Assembly: GCA_907165135.1 (NCBI GenBank)
Contig: OU015568.1
Span: 3,720,001-3,784,000, forward strand
DNA: 64,000 bases
Direction: 5' to 3'
DNA from: Oikopleura dioica
Taxonomy: Eukaryota > Animalia > Chordata
This document shows positions 12,801-25,674 of the stretch, in pieces. Under the pieces are notes generated by a model that was given only the letters and a program-made list of their open reading frames with translations, did no database searches and was not told the DNA's origin. The number at the start of each line of letters is the position of its first letter. Position 1 is the first letter of the stretch. Both the position numbers and the translations under genes were made by a program.

Positions 12801-15800
12801 AGACTCACGATCGATAAAATCTCCCCTGAAAGGTGGCAAAGTAACCTCCAACTTTGCCGTCGCACTAATTTTACCACCAGCAAAAGTAATAGTCGATCCA
12901 TTCATAGTTCTCTGGCACCGTCTGAGAGTAACTGCATAGTGCCCGTTTGCCAAGGCGGAGATTTGGACCGTTTCTCGGTTATCGATGAGTGGCTTGGCGT
13001 TGATCATCCATGTGATGGGCACTTTTGACCTGTAGTTTGGCTTTTTATTTAGTTTTTAAGGAGACCATAAGTGTACGTCCAAACGATATATACTTCAATT
13101 TTAAATAAATGCTTACAATGAAAGTTATAACCGATATTTTGCAGTATGTTCACTTCTATAAACCATTATTATAATTAATGAAATAGGTAACAATAAAAAG
13201 CCGATTCCTAAATGAATGAGAAAGCAAGAGCTCGAACGAAACAGTTCCTCCCTCAACACAAGTCTGATTCTCCATTTTCTCCAATACTGTAATCACTGGT
13301 TCATTCACAACGACCCTCGTTTGGGTCTTATCATGAAGTGTCTCGCAAGAATACTGAGCCGCATCAAGTTGATCTGCGTCCTTTATCTTCAGCCGTCTGA
13401 ACAAACCGACTGATTCTGTGGAAAGTTTTGCTGCCTTGGAAATCATGACCCCGTCCTTCATCCATTGAACCATTGCATCTTCTGCGGAGACCTCGCATTC
13501 CATGACAAGTACGTCTCCCTCGACGCATTCGTAATTGGCTTGCAGGGGTGTGAGGAAGGTTTCGAAGGCTTTTTGAACTTCAAGATCGATGGTAACCTCA
13601 TCTTGTCGACGATCATCGACGACTTCGCATTTGTAGACCCCGCTATCGCCTAAATTATGGCTCTAGAAATGCTTTGATTTCTTTATTTTGTTGCTTTTTA
13701 GAGAGCCTGTCCTGGGTGTCGAACTTGAGTTATTTTTAAAATTCTGTCACATCCATTTTCAGAAGTTGAAATTCGAGGATCATTGAGCTCTTCACCGTCT
13801 CTTGTCCATTTGACAACTGCATCTGATCTGCTGACAGTGACTTTCAAATCCACACTTTGGCCACATTGAGTTGACATCTTTTGAATATTCGAGCAGGTGA
13901 ACTTGGCTGGACCCTGATTGACGGTGAAGTCGGAGGATGTGATTTCTGCATCGAGGCGGGCTTCGACTTTTCCAGCGTCGGCCATGGAACAACCAATGAG
14001 GGTGAGGACGGCTTCGCCCGTAGATTCGATTGCTTCGATTTTGTACTTTTTGCTGTTTTGGACGAGTTTGTCGTTGTGGTACCATTTAACAAGATGCATC
14101 TCAATCGAATATTTTAAATGAGATATTAATTAATAGTGGATGGAGAAATTCTCCAAAAAGATTATTTTTGTTTCTGCTATTGTGGCTATTAATTTTGCTT
14201 CAGTCGCACCAGTGAAGAAAATTTATAATCTGATAAGCCAAAATATACACTTATGGTTCCTATTGATACTTTTATTTACCTTTGATGGGTCGCAATAGAA
14301 ATAAAACTTAGCGTCTTCATCCTCATCGACCACCGTTTTGCTCGCCAAGGGCTGATCAATAGCTGGTTTTGGCTTCTCAACCTCAAGTGTCGCTTTTGAA
14401 AAGATCGAATTTCCTTCTTCCAGAGGCAGCTCAAACTCAATTTCGCCATTCTCCGCTCTTGTGCATTTCTTGATTGTGAGAATATACAACTCATCTCGCT
14501 GCTCTGGAATTATTCTTGTATTCGACTCTGGAATGGGGAGAGAATTGATGGACCATTCGGGCTTGAGAGTTCCTTGTTTAGAAAGTCGAACAGAAAAGAC
14601 GACATCAGTTCCGGGAAGGACTTGTTGCGATTGGAGGCCGCGGACGAGTCGAGGGGGCTTTCCAGTGACATTCAACATGCATTCAGTTTCTAGATCTCCG
14701 CATTTCCAGGCAACATGGGCAAGACCAGGTTCCTTCAAATCCCGAAGAACGAGTTGATGAGTTTCTCCCTCAATAGATACGAAGTCGTTGGAAACCTTCG
14801 CGCCATTCAAATACCAGCTTGCGCCTCTGACTGTCCCACCGCACTCAATTGACAGTCGACAAGTTTCTCCTTCCATAACGGAAGTGTCAACAAGACCTCG
14901 AGTGAGAACAGCGCCAGCTTCGAGGAGAACTGGCTCAGGGAGAATCGCCCACGGTCCTTTCTCTGGTCGGTCGGGAACAGGAGCTGGAGTTATGGCTCTT
15001 ACACGGAAAGTGTAGTATCCAGGAGATAGATCTTTGAACATATTTCGATTTCCATCAGTTTTTACGAGGCGATTTGAGTCCCAGTCAACCTTGATGCTTG
15101 ATTTTCCTGTTGTGGAGCCGAGCTGAACCTCATAGAATCCAAGGCTTCTGCTTTCAGGGAGAAGGTTCCAGCGCGCTTCCAGCTCCTTCTCTTTTTCTTT
15201 CCTAAGTCTTAGGCCAACAGGAGCCTCGACTACAGTCACGTGGGTCTCAGAGCTACCAGATCCTGCTTGAAGCTTCAGCACTCCTCCGTCTTCTCCTTTC
15301 ATGTCTTTGATCGTCAATCTCAGGCCATTCTCCGAAGTTGGGGCAACATCCACTCGTGGATCGGCAGACAGCGGTTTGTCATTCAAAAACCAGGAAATCT
15401 TGTCTGCAGAGGGCGCGAGCTCAGCATCAAGAACAAGATCATCCCCAGCGCAGACCCATTTTGACGTGACAGGAGCAACAAGGATTTGATTTATTGCATT
15501 GACGCGAAGCTCAACGATGACTTCACGGCCAGCTGCGCGCACTCGCCAGTGGCCCTTTTTTCAGCTCTAGAATTTTTCTCTTTGCTAATTTTTTCTGTCC
15601 GCAATAGATTGAGAGCTGTTCCTGGTCAGATTTTTGCGCCTTGACAATTTTCAGTATCCTTTTGTTTCCAGCACACATCAATTTGAATTTGTCATCCTGT
15701 TCAATATCTTCCCCATCCTTTGACCAAACAACTTGAAATTTTGCATCGACGACGTCAACTGCCAAGAACGCATCTTTTCCTTCATCGACTACGACCAATC

Positions 15801-17505
15801 TCGATGATTTCACGGGCCGGAAGACTTCTTGTTCTTTTACGGTTAGATCCACAACAGCTCGACCAATTCCAGCTTTGTTGATCGCGCAACATTCATAAAT
15901 GCCTTCATCTTCCTTGCAAATCCTCAAAATCTTCAGCGAGAAATTATTGCCCTGCTCGATGATTGCAAATCGCTTCCCTTGGTAGATCTTCTTTCCGTCT
16001 TTGTACCAAGTTACTTCAGGTAGAGGAGAGCCATTTACTTCTAGGGTCAGTCGGGCGGTCTTGCCAGCAGTGACGCAAACAGATTTTTTTGCTATTTTTT
16101 GCGGCTCGTTCGGATTTCCGAATGAAACGACTGGTTTGAAATTTTCTTTAAATGATGATTATACTGCTAATTTATGCATGACGATGCACTCACATTCAAT
16201 CTAACTTGCGCTTCTCGTTAGTGTTCATCAAAAGAATGTGCGAGTTCTTACTGGGGCGCTAAGTTTGGTCCTAGAATTATGGTTTTTACATTTTTCAGAG
16301 AAATTTTTCTATTATTCATTTAAAAATCTAATTCGCTAAAAATAAACTCATATAATATGAGTCATATTCATCTTTCCTGAAAGAGGTTCCAAATTATAAA
16401 CCTCGACGGTACAGGAACAACTTGCTTCTCCCGCCGCAGATTCTGCGATAACCGAGTACGCTCCTGCATCCTGTCTATCGACATCAAGAATCTTCAGCGT
16501 ATGAATTCCGTGCCCCTTCGAATCCGCGAGATATTTTCCACTGTGTCCTTCTATGCTCGCTCCATTCTTATACCACGTGACTCGTGGCTGCGGAACTCCG
16601 CGGACGGCACATCGGAGGAGGCAGTCAGTTGTGCTGGCGACTCGGCAGGATTTTGGCTTTGAGGTAAACATTGGGGCGGATTGGTATTGTTGAGGCACTT
16701 CGGTTCCTTCTGGAGAGACTTGGACGTTGACAGCGCACCAGGCGGTTCCTTTGGAGTTTTCGGCGATGCAAGAGTATTTTCCCGAATCTTCAGGCCTGAC
16801 GTTTTTCACTGTTATCCAGTGGGTTGGTCCCTTTGCCGGACTCAACTCAAATCTCCCGTCAGAGTTTATTTGCTGTCCATCTTTGAGCCATCTCATCGAG
16901 GGCATCGGCATTCCATCAGCTGTGCAGCTCAAAACGATTGTATCTCCTTCAGGAACATTGTGCGGCTCAGGGCGAGAAAGAAAGGTCGGGGCGCCCATCG
17001 AAGTTTCCATTTGAGCCGACGCCTTGACGTTGACTTCTGTTCGGCAGATTTCTTTTCCATTGACTTTTAAAAGATTTTGAGAAAAAAGCATGTCAAGATT
17101 GTTTGAAGACTAGTAAAAATTGATCATATAGATGAATATGAAAATGAAGAAATTCCGATAGACAATGTCTCGACCAAATTTATTATAGAAAAAAACGAAA
17201 ACAAAAATTATGATTTCGAAAAGCTCTTTTATGTTTCTCAAAACCTTTCCTAAACACTTATAAACTCCCGAATCATACCACCTCACAGAGTTGATCTGCA
17301 GACTGTAATCAGGCCCTTTTCTTCCATAACTGTATTTGTCATTAATTTCCAACTGAGACTGATGCTTGACCCATGTAACAGAGTCTGGCTCCAAGCCAGA
17401 AATGTGCGTTTTCAAAATTACATCCTCGTCAATTTGAACTTCTACCCTCTTTTCTGGAGTCTTCAAGATTTGGATTCCATCGCCAAGCTTGAAATAAAGA
17501 TTCAT
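3802..17505 (-). CDS. OBSCN: Obscurin/UNC-89-like giant muscle protein: roughly 25-30 Ig domains by eye, 2 FN3, SH3-DH-PH, no kinase domain in view
   Basis: Tandem I-set Ig ORFs (8570-12583, 14223-15542, 16348-17091); FN3 (PPAPPKHLRVV; APVGLRLRKE); SH3 start (FEIVVDHAEENIQWKKGQ); the 6248-6688 exon resembles the obscurin DH-PH junction (WGHIENSP...GCPERQGKL...RYLFLFPGRLGIVKTR); terminal Ig exons; last stop at 3802. 5' end and 3' isoform structure uncertain. Confidence 0.85.
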
Positions 17506-18313
17506 TTTCGACTAGATTGATAAGACATTTGAGTCAAAATGATTTGACTATTAAAAAATGGAGATCTTGACTCGAGATCGTTCGAAAAAGTTTCATTTTC
17601 AATAATTTCGAGGTATTTTTTTAATAAAAAATAAAGAAGAGGCTTAATTTGGGTGTTGCCTATTATTTCAATTTATAAAGTACCCTTGTGTTATGATTCG
17701 GATATTCGACAATCGCAACCATTTCGAGCTTCTTCTAGAATCTAGAACTCTGAAGAATCTTCTTCCCTCTTCTCTTTCAGTCTCTCCCAATTCTCTCTGA
17801 AATCAAGGAAGAGAGAAACCCTTAGCTCTCTTCAAGGCACGAGAATCTGGGTTCGATCTTGTCTTTTTTGGGAAATGGCTCTAAATCTATCCAAGCAGGT
17901 TGTCCCAGGCGCGCTCGGCCAATCTGCGCTAGTCCAGCTCAAAGTGACAAAAAAGTGACAACTGCTTTTTGCAGTTTAACCCTGACTGTAACTCTGACTG
18001 TCTCCAAAGCCAATAGCGTCATTTAGACAAAGAGATGAATGATTAAAACCGCAAGAGTAAGAGGTAAATGATGAGAGAAAAATACCAAGATCAAGTTTTT
18101 TCACCGAGAACTTCATTAATTTCAAAACTTGGCTGTCCCAAGTTCACCTTTTCTAGGCAACCTTTTCTAGCGTGGATCGTGGTCACATGGCATTCTAGTG
18201 GTAAATCGACTTGGCGGCAATTTTTAGACCCATGCGGTGGTATTTTGGCTCTTGAACTCGGATCAATTAAGCGCAGATTAGCATTTTTCGCGATTTTATT
18301 TCAAGATGGTTTC

Positions 18314-19447
18314 TCAAAAAATCAAAGAAAAGAGGATGAGAAGCAAATCGGTTGAGATGAAAATGAAAGCGTCGGAATTGTCAGGGTCGTTTTGGTCTAA
18401 AAGAAAAAAAGGTCATTGAAGAACAAGTGAAATTTTTAATAACCTTCATTGTCACCATCAGGAGGGCTAAGGACGGGTAGGCCACCAATGATGGGCGGTT
18501 GGGATGAATCATCGATACGGTCAGCACCGTCCAGAACCATAGACGAGTTGTCTGGCGTTGTTGTTGTTGTCGTTGTTGTTGAAGTTGTTGTGGTAGTTGT
18601 ATTCGGAGTTGTTGTCGCTAGTTTGAAATTAAAGATATGCAGTAAGAGTTTTATTACCTGAAAATGTTGGGACCGGCGTTTTTGTACTTGTCTCAAGCTT
18701 TGTTGATGTTGGAGAAGAAGTGCTAGATCGATTCGAAGTATCCTGAACAGAAATGGTGAAAAGGAATATTCTGGGGGAGGTTTACATTTTGAGCTCGAGT
18801 TGAATTGGTTATTGTCAGAACTCGGGTTGTATCTTGTGTTGTAGTAGATGAGAGCATTGTCGTTGTTGCTTGATAAGTCGATGTTGTTGATTTCGAAGAA
18901 GCTGATGTTGTTGCAGTTACTGTCGCGTTTCTTTCCAAAGTCGTAGAAGTCTCAGTTGAGTTCGCCAAGGATTCTGTTGTGTTTTGCGGATCCATCGTCG
19001 CTGGCGTCTCGTTTGGCTCGGAACTGCTCTCGATTACGTTAACATTCTCTTGGGTAGTTTCCGATAATGTTCGATCTAATTGACGAGGGCTCATATTTTT
19101 TGCGGGCGAAGTTGGCTCTGTTGGTTCATGATCGTCTTCGAATTGTGAGGCAGTCGGGGCTGTTGTAGATGTGTGTGAATCGAGCTGACTTTCGACGGGA
19201 TCTCGTGCGGCTTAAATGAACGAAATTCAACTTGAAAGATCGACAATTAAAAAAATTTACCTTTTGTTGTTCCTTGTCTCTCGGTGTTTTGAGGAGTAAG
19301 CTCCGGGTTTTCAGTTGTTGATTCCACAGTAGAAGAATATGAAGCCGAAGTTGGAGTTGTTTGTTCGATAGTTGTAGTAGAAGAAGTGCTCTCTTCTTTT
19401 GCCAAAGCATTTTCCAGAAAAAGGAAAAATATCGGAAAAAAGCGCAT
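18314..19447 (-). CDS. Ser/Thr-rich mucin-like cell-surface protein, probable GPI anchor
   Basis: Signal peptide MRFFPIFFLFLENALA, Thr/Ser-rich exons, final exon DQNDPDNSDAFIFISTDLLLILFSLIF* with a hydrophobic tail. Confidence 0.7.
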
Positions 19448-19895
19448 ACTTTTTAATGGAAGAAAGGAATTGTGGGTAGTATATGGAAGATCGCTGTCAA
19501 TTTTATGGCTCAATGATTTCAGATATTCCATAAATTGAAGATCAATATATAGCCGTACTTATTGAACCTTTCAAGCTTGTGCTTCAAGGGAAACACCCAT
19601 GTGTCCCGGTTTTTGCGTGTCTGTTATCTTCAAGAAAAAAGCATTATAAGAAACCGGAAGCATAGAAAGCGCCATGAAAAAATGGATAAAACTGTTGACC
19701 TCTAAAAGAGCCACATGGCAGCAAATTAGTTACGCCACACGCTGTCGCTTCTCTCCCACCTTTCTGATTTACGCTTTGATATTTTGGACGGTTCCGCCAA
19801 ATCCGCAGCACTTTAAAATGCCAACCGCAGGGACACTCAATCCATAAGAGCTTGCGAAACAGCGAGAGTAAAAGAATCTTTTTGAGAGAGAAACA

Positions 19896-20911
19896 ATGAA
19901 GCTATTAACAGGTGAATAAATAGGCAAAAACAATAAATATCTTCTTTAGCAACTTTTCTCGCGGCCACATCGGCAAAAACCGTTCGAGTTAATGATTTCC
20001 GACGAAACTTTGGTGGTGATTTTTTCCAAAATCTTGTTGGAGCTCAAGAACGAGGATACAACTACGGAAATGAAGATGCGCTCATGGGACTGTCCGCCAT
20101 GGCAGTTTTTCTCGATGAAAGCCGAATTATGTCGAGAAGTGATCAGTTCGAAATGGAAATTCAAGGTAAGAGAGAACCCTCTCAAGAAAGATCCTCATTC
20201 ATTCTTGTAAGACTTCCTGGACAATTTCACAAACTACGGATGCTACTGCTGGATCGTCGGGCCAATGAGAGGAGTCATCGGTGGCGGCCAAACCGTCGAC
20301 GAAATCGACAACCTTTGTGGACAACTGTACAAGTGCTACAAGTGTCTCAATCTCGACCACGGCTCCAGCCCCAACCTCTTCGAATACTCGGTCAACTTCA
20401 ACGTCGATACCGAAACTGGCGAGAGATCACTCGACTGCCAAGCTGGACCAAACGTCGACGCCTGTAAATGTGACGTCATGTTCGCCGAAAAACTCGCAAA
20501 AGTCAACGCTCAGGTAAATTCAAATTTGACAATCAAATAGTAATTTGATTTTCAAGTGCGAAGCCGACCAGCTTGCTGGAGTCGCCGATTCGGAATTTTG
20601 CGTCAACGAAACGTATCGAACCCTGAACGGCGGCGGATCTTTTGATCCTACCGATAATAGCGAAGCTGGCTGTTTGAAAGTTAACATGGAGGGACACAAT
20701 GCTAAGGACCAGTGTTGTGGAACATATCCAGGTAAGATCAACATGAGAATATTCTCTGTTCTAAGAAATATTTCTAGATCGACTTCCATTCGATTCAATG
20801 AGCCGCGAATGCTGCGAATTCACCGAATCCGATGGAGACGAAGTTTTCTTTTCCAAGAAAATCGTGCCCTTTGGAACATGCGATGCTAGAGGTGGCACTG
20901 TTGTGAACTAG
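19896..20911 (+). CDS. Secreted phospholipase A2-like protein lacking the catalytic His-Asp dyad
   Basis: NYGCYCW...GGGQTVDEIDNLCGQLYKCYKC aligns to YGCYCGxGGxGxPxDxxDxCCxxHDxCY; also CKCDVMFAEKL and QCCGTYP; GT-AG introns; stop 20909-20911. Confidence 0.8.
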
Positions 20912-21791
20912 TCATAAAAAATGTCCTTGGTTTTGGAGTTAAAGCTTTTCAAATGCTGTTTAATTCGAGAATCAAAGTTAAAATCACTTTTTTTTGTAAA
21001 AATTGTCGCATAAATAAATAAATAAAAAATCATCAAAAGTCCATGTCTCATCCTTCAAAAAAGCTTTTAAAATCTGGCAGTGCATTAAGATCATCAAATA
21101 AAGATCGACTGGTATAATCCTTTTTACAGGCAAGTTCGAAATAGCTCGTTGGAGGGACCATAAAAGTGAATGAGCCCAGCCTCCCAAATGAAATAAGCAT
21201 TCAACTCGATTAGTCCCGGGATTTACCTCCGTTGCTCCGTCAGATGCAATTTTGAAACAAACTCGAAACAAGGAGAGAGACAAATACTGTTAAAGAAGAC
21301 TTTAAAAAGACTTTAAAAGACTTAAAATCCCTTTTATATTGGGTATATTCAAGATTTACAAAAGCACACTATTTATCAGAAAATAACTGATAAAGTAAAG
21401 ATATCTGATTATTATAATGAATTTATTATCGAAAAATTAAGCCACTATGACCACTGATGCGGTTAACTGTAGCTCATCCGAGCTCAAAACGAAAACAAGA
21501 ATCGACTGAATAATCCATCGATGATGTGACTGTTTGAATGTGTATTTTGATTCATCTGTTTAGCTCTTTATGTGGCTTGAATAATTCAACCTTTCTTCAG
21601 AGTAAACTTCGCTAATATTCCGCGACGGGGCTGCATAATCATTCAAAAGAAGAATCACTGACATAAAGCGCCGGAGCGAAAAGAGAAGAAGACACATTTG
21701 GTTTTGCTGGAGACGACGCTGAATTTTGATGATGCAAGTCAACTTTGCAAAAAGGGGTAATTGAAGGAGGAAAGACGAAGAAAGAGAGAAA

Positions 21792-22065
21792 ATGCTTGCT
21801 GATTGTTCACAGCTTTTAAAAATTCAATGTAAGTGCAAATTGAAGGTGAAAATCGGGGAATAAGGAAGCTGAATTTTAGGCTATCAATATGAAGTGACCC
21901 TAGTTGGCGGTTGCGTCGCAGTCATTTTCGGCGCAATTGTCTACTGGATGGCAAAAGAACAAAATATTTCTTCACTTTCAAGTAAGCAGCTACTAACCGC
22001 TTATAAATTATTTACTTTCATTTTCTGAAGATTCGAGTTCACGAGTTCAAACATCAATTGCATAG
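21792..22065 (+). CDS. 57-aa single-pass membrane microprotein (3 exons), not in ORF track
   Basis: Exons 21792-21828, 21880-21981, 22031-22065 joined by GT-AG introns of 51 and 49 nt with matching phase: MLADCSQLLKIQCYQYEVTLVGGCVAVIFGAIVYWMAKEQNISSLSNSSSRVQTSIA*. Confidence 0.6.
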
Positions 22066-22153
22066 AAAACTTGTCAATAAAACGCCTGTTTCTTTCTTTT
22101 TTTTTTCTTTGGAATGTTTATTCTTATATTTACAGGAGTTTGTATACAGGTAT

Positions 22154-24100
22154 TTAGTTACTGATAAGTCTGTTGATGATCTTATGAAGCTCGGCGGAAA
22201 AGGGCGTGATGAGATTTATTATTTCTTCGTCTGTTGCTATTTGAATTCGGCCGAGTCCATCTTCTCTAGAAAAAGAAACGGTACTCTTCCTTGATTCCGA
22301 TCAATAGCTGCTTACCTAACTGGAAGAAGAAAGCATTTTCTTATATGCTTGGTCATAATTTTATGATATTCTTCTCCGCTCAAACTTCTGATGTGAAAAG
22401 TCCTGTGGTTCATTTCGAGACTGATGTGTCCCGAAGCTTCTTTTTGCTTTCCGATGATCGAGAATCCTCGGATATCGTATCGACGAGAAAAAGAGGCGGA
22501 CCAGGTGTTCAGGGCGAATCGCACGACCTGAATTTTGGAGAAGGAAATCGGTTTGGAAAGTACCTTTTCAACAATCACATCGCTCGTCAAATCTATCGGG
22601 TTCAACTTTTTCACTTCCGAGATCGTCTTTTGAACCATTTTGATCCACTCTTTCTTCGTACTTTTCTGAGCATTCCTAAAAACCGATCCTGGCATCACTT
22701 GATCACAATGCTGCGTGATTCGCTTCTCATTATGATCGAGAACGCGGCCGTTTTCGTTGATGAACTGGTAGGCGGCGAGAAGAGCGAGATCTTGGGACTT
22801 TTTAATAAAGAAGAAAATTTGATGAGAGCTTACTGAGTTTGTTCGGTTTTCGCCGGTGCGGACGGAGGAACAGACTTGGGCGAAAATAAGACGAGCTGCT
22901 GGTCGATCAAGTTCGGGATGCCAGTGGAGTGGGAACAGATCTCGACGGAGAAAAACTCTAGAAATGAATTTTATCTAGGGCTTCATACCGTAAAATTTGA
23001 AAACCATATCATGCAAAAATGCAAGTTATCACCGATAAATATAAACTCTACCCTACTGAGTTATTTGTCTCGATATATCACAAATATAATATGTTTTATC
23101 CGTTGATTTCATATTAGAAAGAATCGCTTACTGTGGAGGATCGAGCCCTTGTTCTGCCGAAAATCGTTCCGCCTGCCAAATCGCATCCATCAAATAAACC
23201 CCTCCTTCTCCAACTGGCGCCAATCGTTGCCCAGCTCTTATGAATAGCGAAAAGCCAAAGGGGTCCTTGATCTCCAGCCTTGCACAAACTTTTTCGACAA
23301 TTTCCGCGGCCGTCGAGGAAGAATCCGCTGCGACGCTTCTTTTTGCTTCATCAGGGCAAACAACTGCAACGACGCTCTGCGACTTTCGAATCGCCGCCCA
23401 GAATTCGTAACTAGACGGTGGTGCTCTTCGTTGTTGCCGGAGCTCGTGGAAAATGTCGACGCCGTCGATCTTTTCCGCCTTTTTCTGCACCATTGCTTCG
23501 TTGGATCGTTTCAATTTTTCGCCGCAATAAAGCGCTTCTGAAATATTCTCACTCGACTTCTCCGAGATAAAATTGTCCAACAACGATTTGAGCCTCTGAC
23601 TCGGCAAAAAGCAGCCCACCAAAAGGGCTAAATAAACCCAGGCGATCTTCTGTTGCCTTGCGCTTTGGGCAAGATGAAGTGATAGAAGAGCTTGACAGTA
23701 AAGCTCTTCCCGGAGGTTTTGGCGGCGGAGGCCGACTTCGACGATGTTTTGGATTTTCATGAGGATTTGGTTGTTTATGTTAGCTTCAGAATTCGAAGGC
23801 GAGAATTCTAGAGGCGTGTCCGAGTCTTGAATGAGGGATGAAAGGATTGAATGGCAGCCTCTTTTATTTGGTCAAAAAATGTCCACAATAGAAGAATTCC
23901 TCAAAGAAAATAAAAGACCATTCCTTGCATAATGTAAACTTTCACTATTCTTCTCATTATTCAAAATCGTCAGCGCTTCACTCGACCCCTGCGGCTCATT
24001 CAGCGGCTTTCTCTTGTTCACAAACAGTTTATCGGCGATTCTCAGCATCGCTGGGACGATGATGCAGTCGCCAGAATCGTCGTGTTCTGATGTTTCCAAA
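22154..24100 (-). CDS. MyTH4-FERM protein resembling the first myosin VII tail module, no motor domain; 5' end approximate
   Basis: MyTH4: LREELYCQ...IAWVYLALLVGCFLPS. FERM: SVAADSSSTAAEIVEKVCARLEIKDPFGFSLF; VRFALNTWSASFSRRYD resembles myosin VIIa VSYARFKWPLLFSRFYE. Stop at 22154. Confidence 0.75.
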
Positions 24101-24835
24101 ATGGCTTCTTCTGATTCCGAGTTTTATTATTTTCTTTCTCGAAAGAGTACTTTTGCAACGTTTCTTTATTTTTTACGCTTGAACAGGGGCGGACAAAAAG
24201 AATCGGCAACTCATGAAAAGAGAGTCGTAAAATTGATTTCCAGAGATCTTACGGCTTAGTTACTCCACAAAATATGAATCGAGTCAAATATTTTCTTGAT
24301 AAAACGATATTCTAGAGGACCAAGTGCTCCCCCATGGGCCCAGTATTGAGAGAGAAAAACACAGTGAAAACCTGAAACTCCTTTTCTTTATTAATTATTA
24401 GAAAAAAATATTTATTTCATTTATCCTGAAAACTCTTCCTGATCCATCATCTTCCTCTATAATCCCTTCCAACCTTGGTAGGGCCATGAAACTCGCTCTG
24501 TGCATCATATCTTCTGCTTATTTTCTCGACAAAACTTGCGTAGAATGAAATACAGTCAATAAAAAATAGCAAAAACGTGAAAATGAAAAAATTTTCTTTG
24601 GGCAAAACTCGTCCACTTGCAGGTTCATTCACAACACTTGGACAATCCGGAGTGTAGGTCCTTAGCCGTAGGGCGGGGAGCATAAACACCTGCTGAGGAA
24701 AGAACGCAAAACACAACCGCGACCGGAACCCACTTCTGCGGAACGCCGCCTGAGAGGATTATCCGGCGCGCTACTCGAGCTGCATTATTCAGGGGCGCAT
24801 GTACGTCCGTAAATTCAAAAGTTTATTGACTGTAA

Positions 24836-25570
24836 TTATTCCAGAAAATTCATCTTGTTTTGAATAGAAAGTTGTTGCATTCGCTCTTCAAGCTCTTTGG
24901 AGATTCTGATGAATTGGATTTCCTTTACGCTCATTGTTTCTCCGACCCGGCTGGAGAATTCATTAGTTTATTATAAAATAGGGGAAATTCGTAATACCTA
25001 AGATGTGTTTTGAGGCTTTCACCGCGACGAGAAAAATGTTCGGTGGCTTTTTCAGGGCTCATTTCTATCATTTCTGGGCTCGGCAACCTTTGTAAAAACC
25101 TGAGTCAGGGTACTGAAAAGGGCGCTACGCGGCTATCTTTTCTAAGTCCCTGGTTCCGTTTACACAGGTTGCCGAGCCCAGTATCATTGTTTCTGCACCA
25201 AGATCGACCATGACGTCTGCTTCGGGAATCAGCTTTCCTCTGACGAAGAGAAAATCTTAATTTTCATTCAGACTTAAATAAAAAATGGTTGTTTACTTGT
25301 CATTGGGACCATGACATCAAGATCTTTTTCAAGAATCGTGTCCTTGACTTGATCGCATGAAAGTTGAGCCATCATCAAGGATTCATTTGCTTGGCTCATT
25401 TCTTGAATCGCCCCTTGAATGCTCTGAAGCTCAGCTTGTAGCCCTCCCTAAAATCTTTCTTGTCCCTTTACTTCTTATTGAACTAAACTTGCCTTGAATT
25501 GCTCAAGCTGGGGAATATCCAATTCCGCTGGATCAATCACTTGTTGTTGTTGATTTCGTCGCCGGCTCAT
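24836..25570 (-). CDS. PFDN5: Prefoldin alpha-type subunit (PFDN5-like), with a MITE inside a coding exon
   Basis: Hand-spliced with the MITE and one TSD removed: MSRRRNQQQQVIDPAELDIPQLEQFK-GGLQAELQSIQG...VMVPMTNFLFVRGKLIPEADVMVDLGAETMIEMSPEKATEHFSRRGESLKTHL...NFLE*; resembles PFDN5 ILVPLTSSMYVPGKL...VLIDVGTGYYVEK. Intron 1 is GC-AG (25448-25492). Confidence 0.7.
25074..25181. mobile_element. 108-bp MITE, CTGGGCTCGG family, copy 2, with 8-bp TSD
   Basis: Perfect 16-bp terminal inverted repeat CTGGGCTCGGCAACCT; flanks TATCATTT (25066-25073) and TATCATTG (25182-25189). Confidence 0.9.
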
Positions 25571-25674
25571 TATTTTCACTTTTTCTTTTAATAAGGAAAA
25601 TTTGAAAAAATTCCAAGTGGTCGAATTTCGGGCCAGATGGGACGATTCCCAGTATTGTCGAGGGAGAAAAAATC

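Noticed and set aside
8570-16204. Many plus-strand and off-frame ORFs over obscurin (e.g. 11228-11962)
   Set aside because: Antisense shadows of long coding exons with no recognisable motifs.
20984-21742. Minus-strand ORFs 20984-21283 and 21560-21742
   Set aside because: No recognisable domain and no joinable exon chain.
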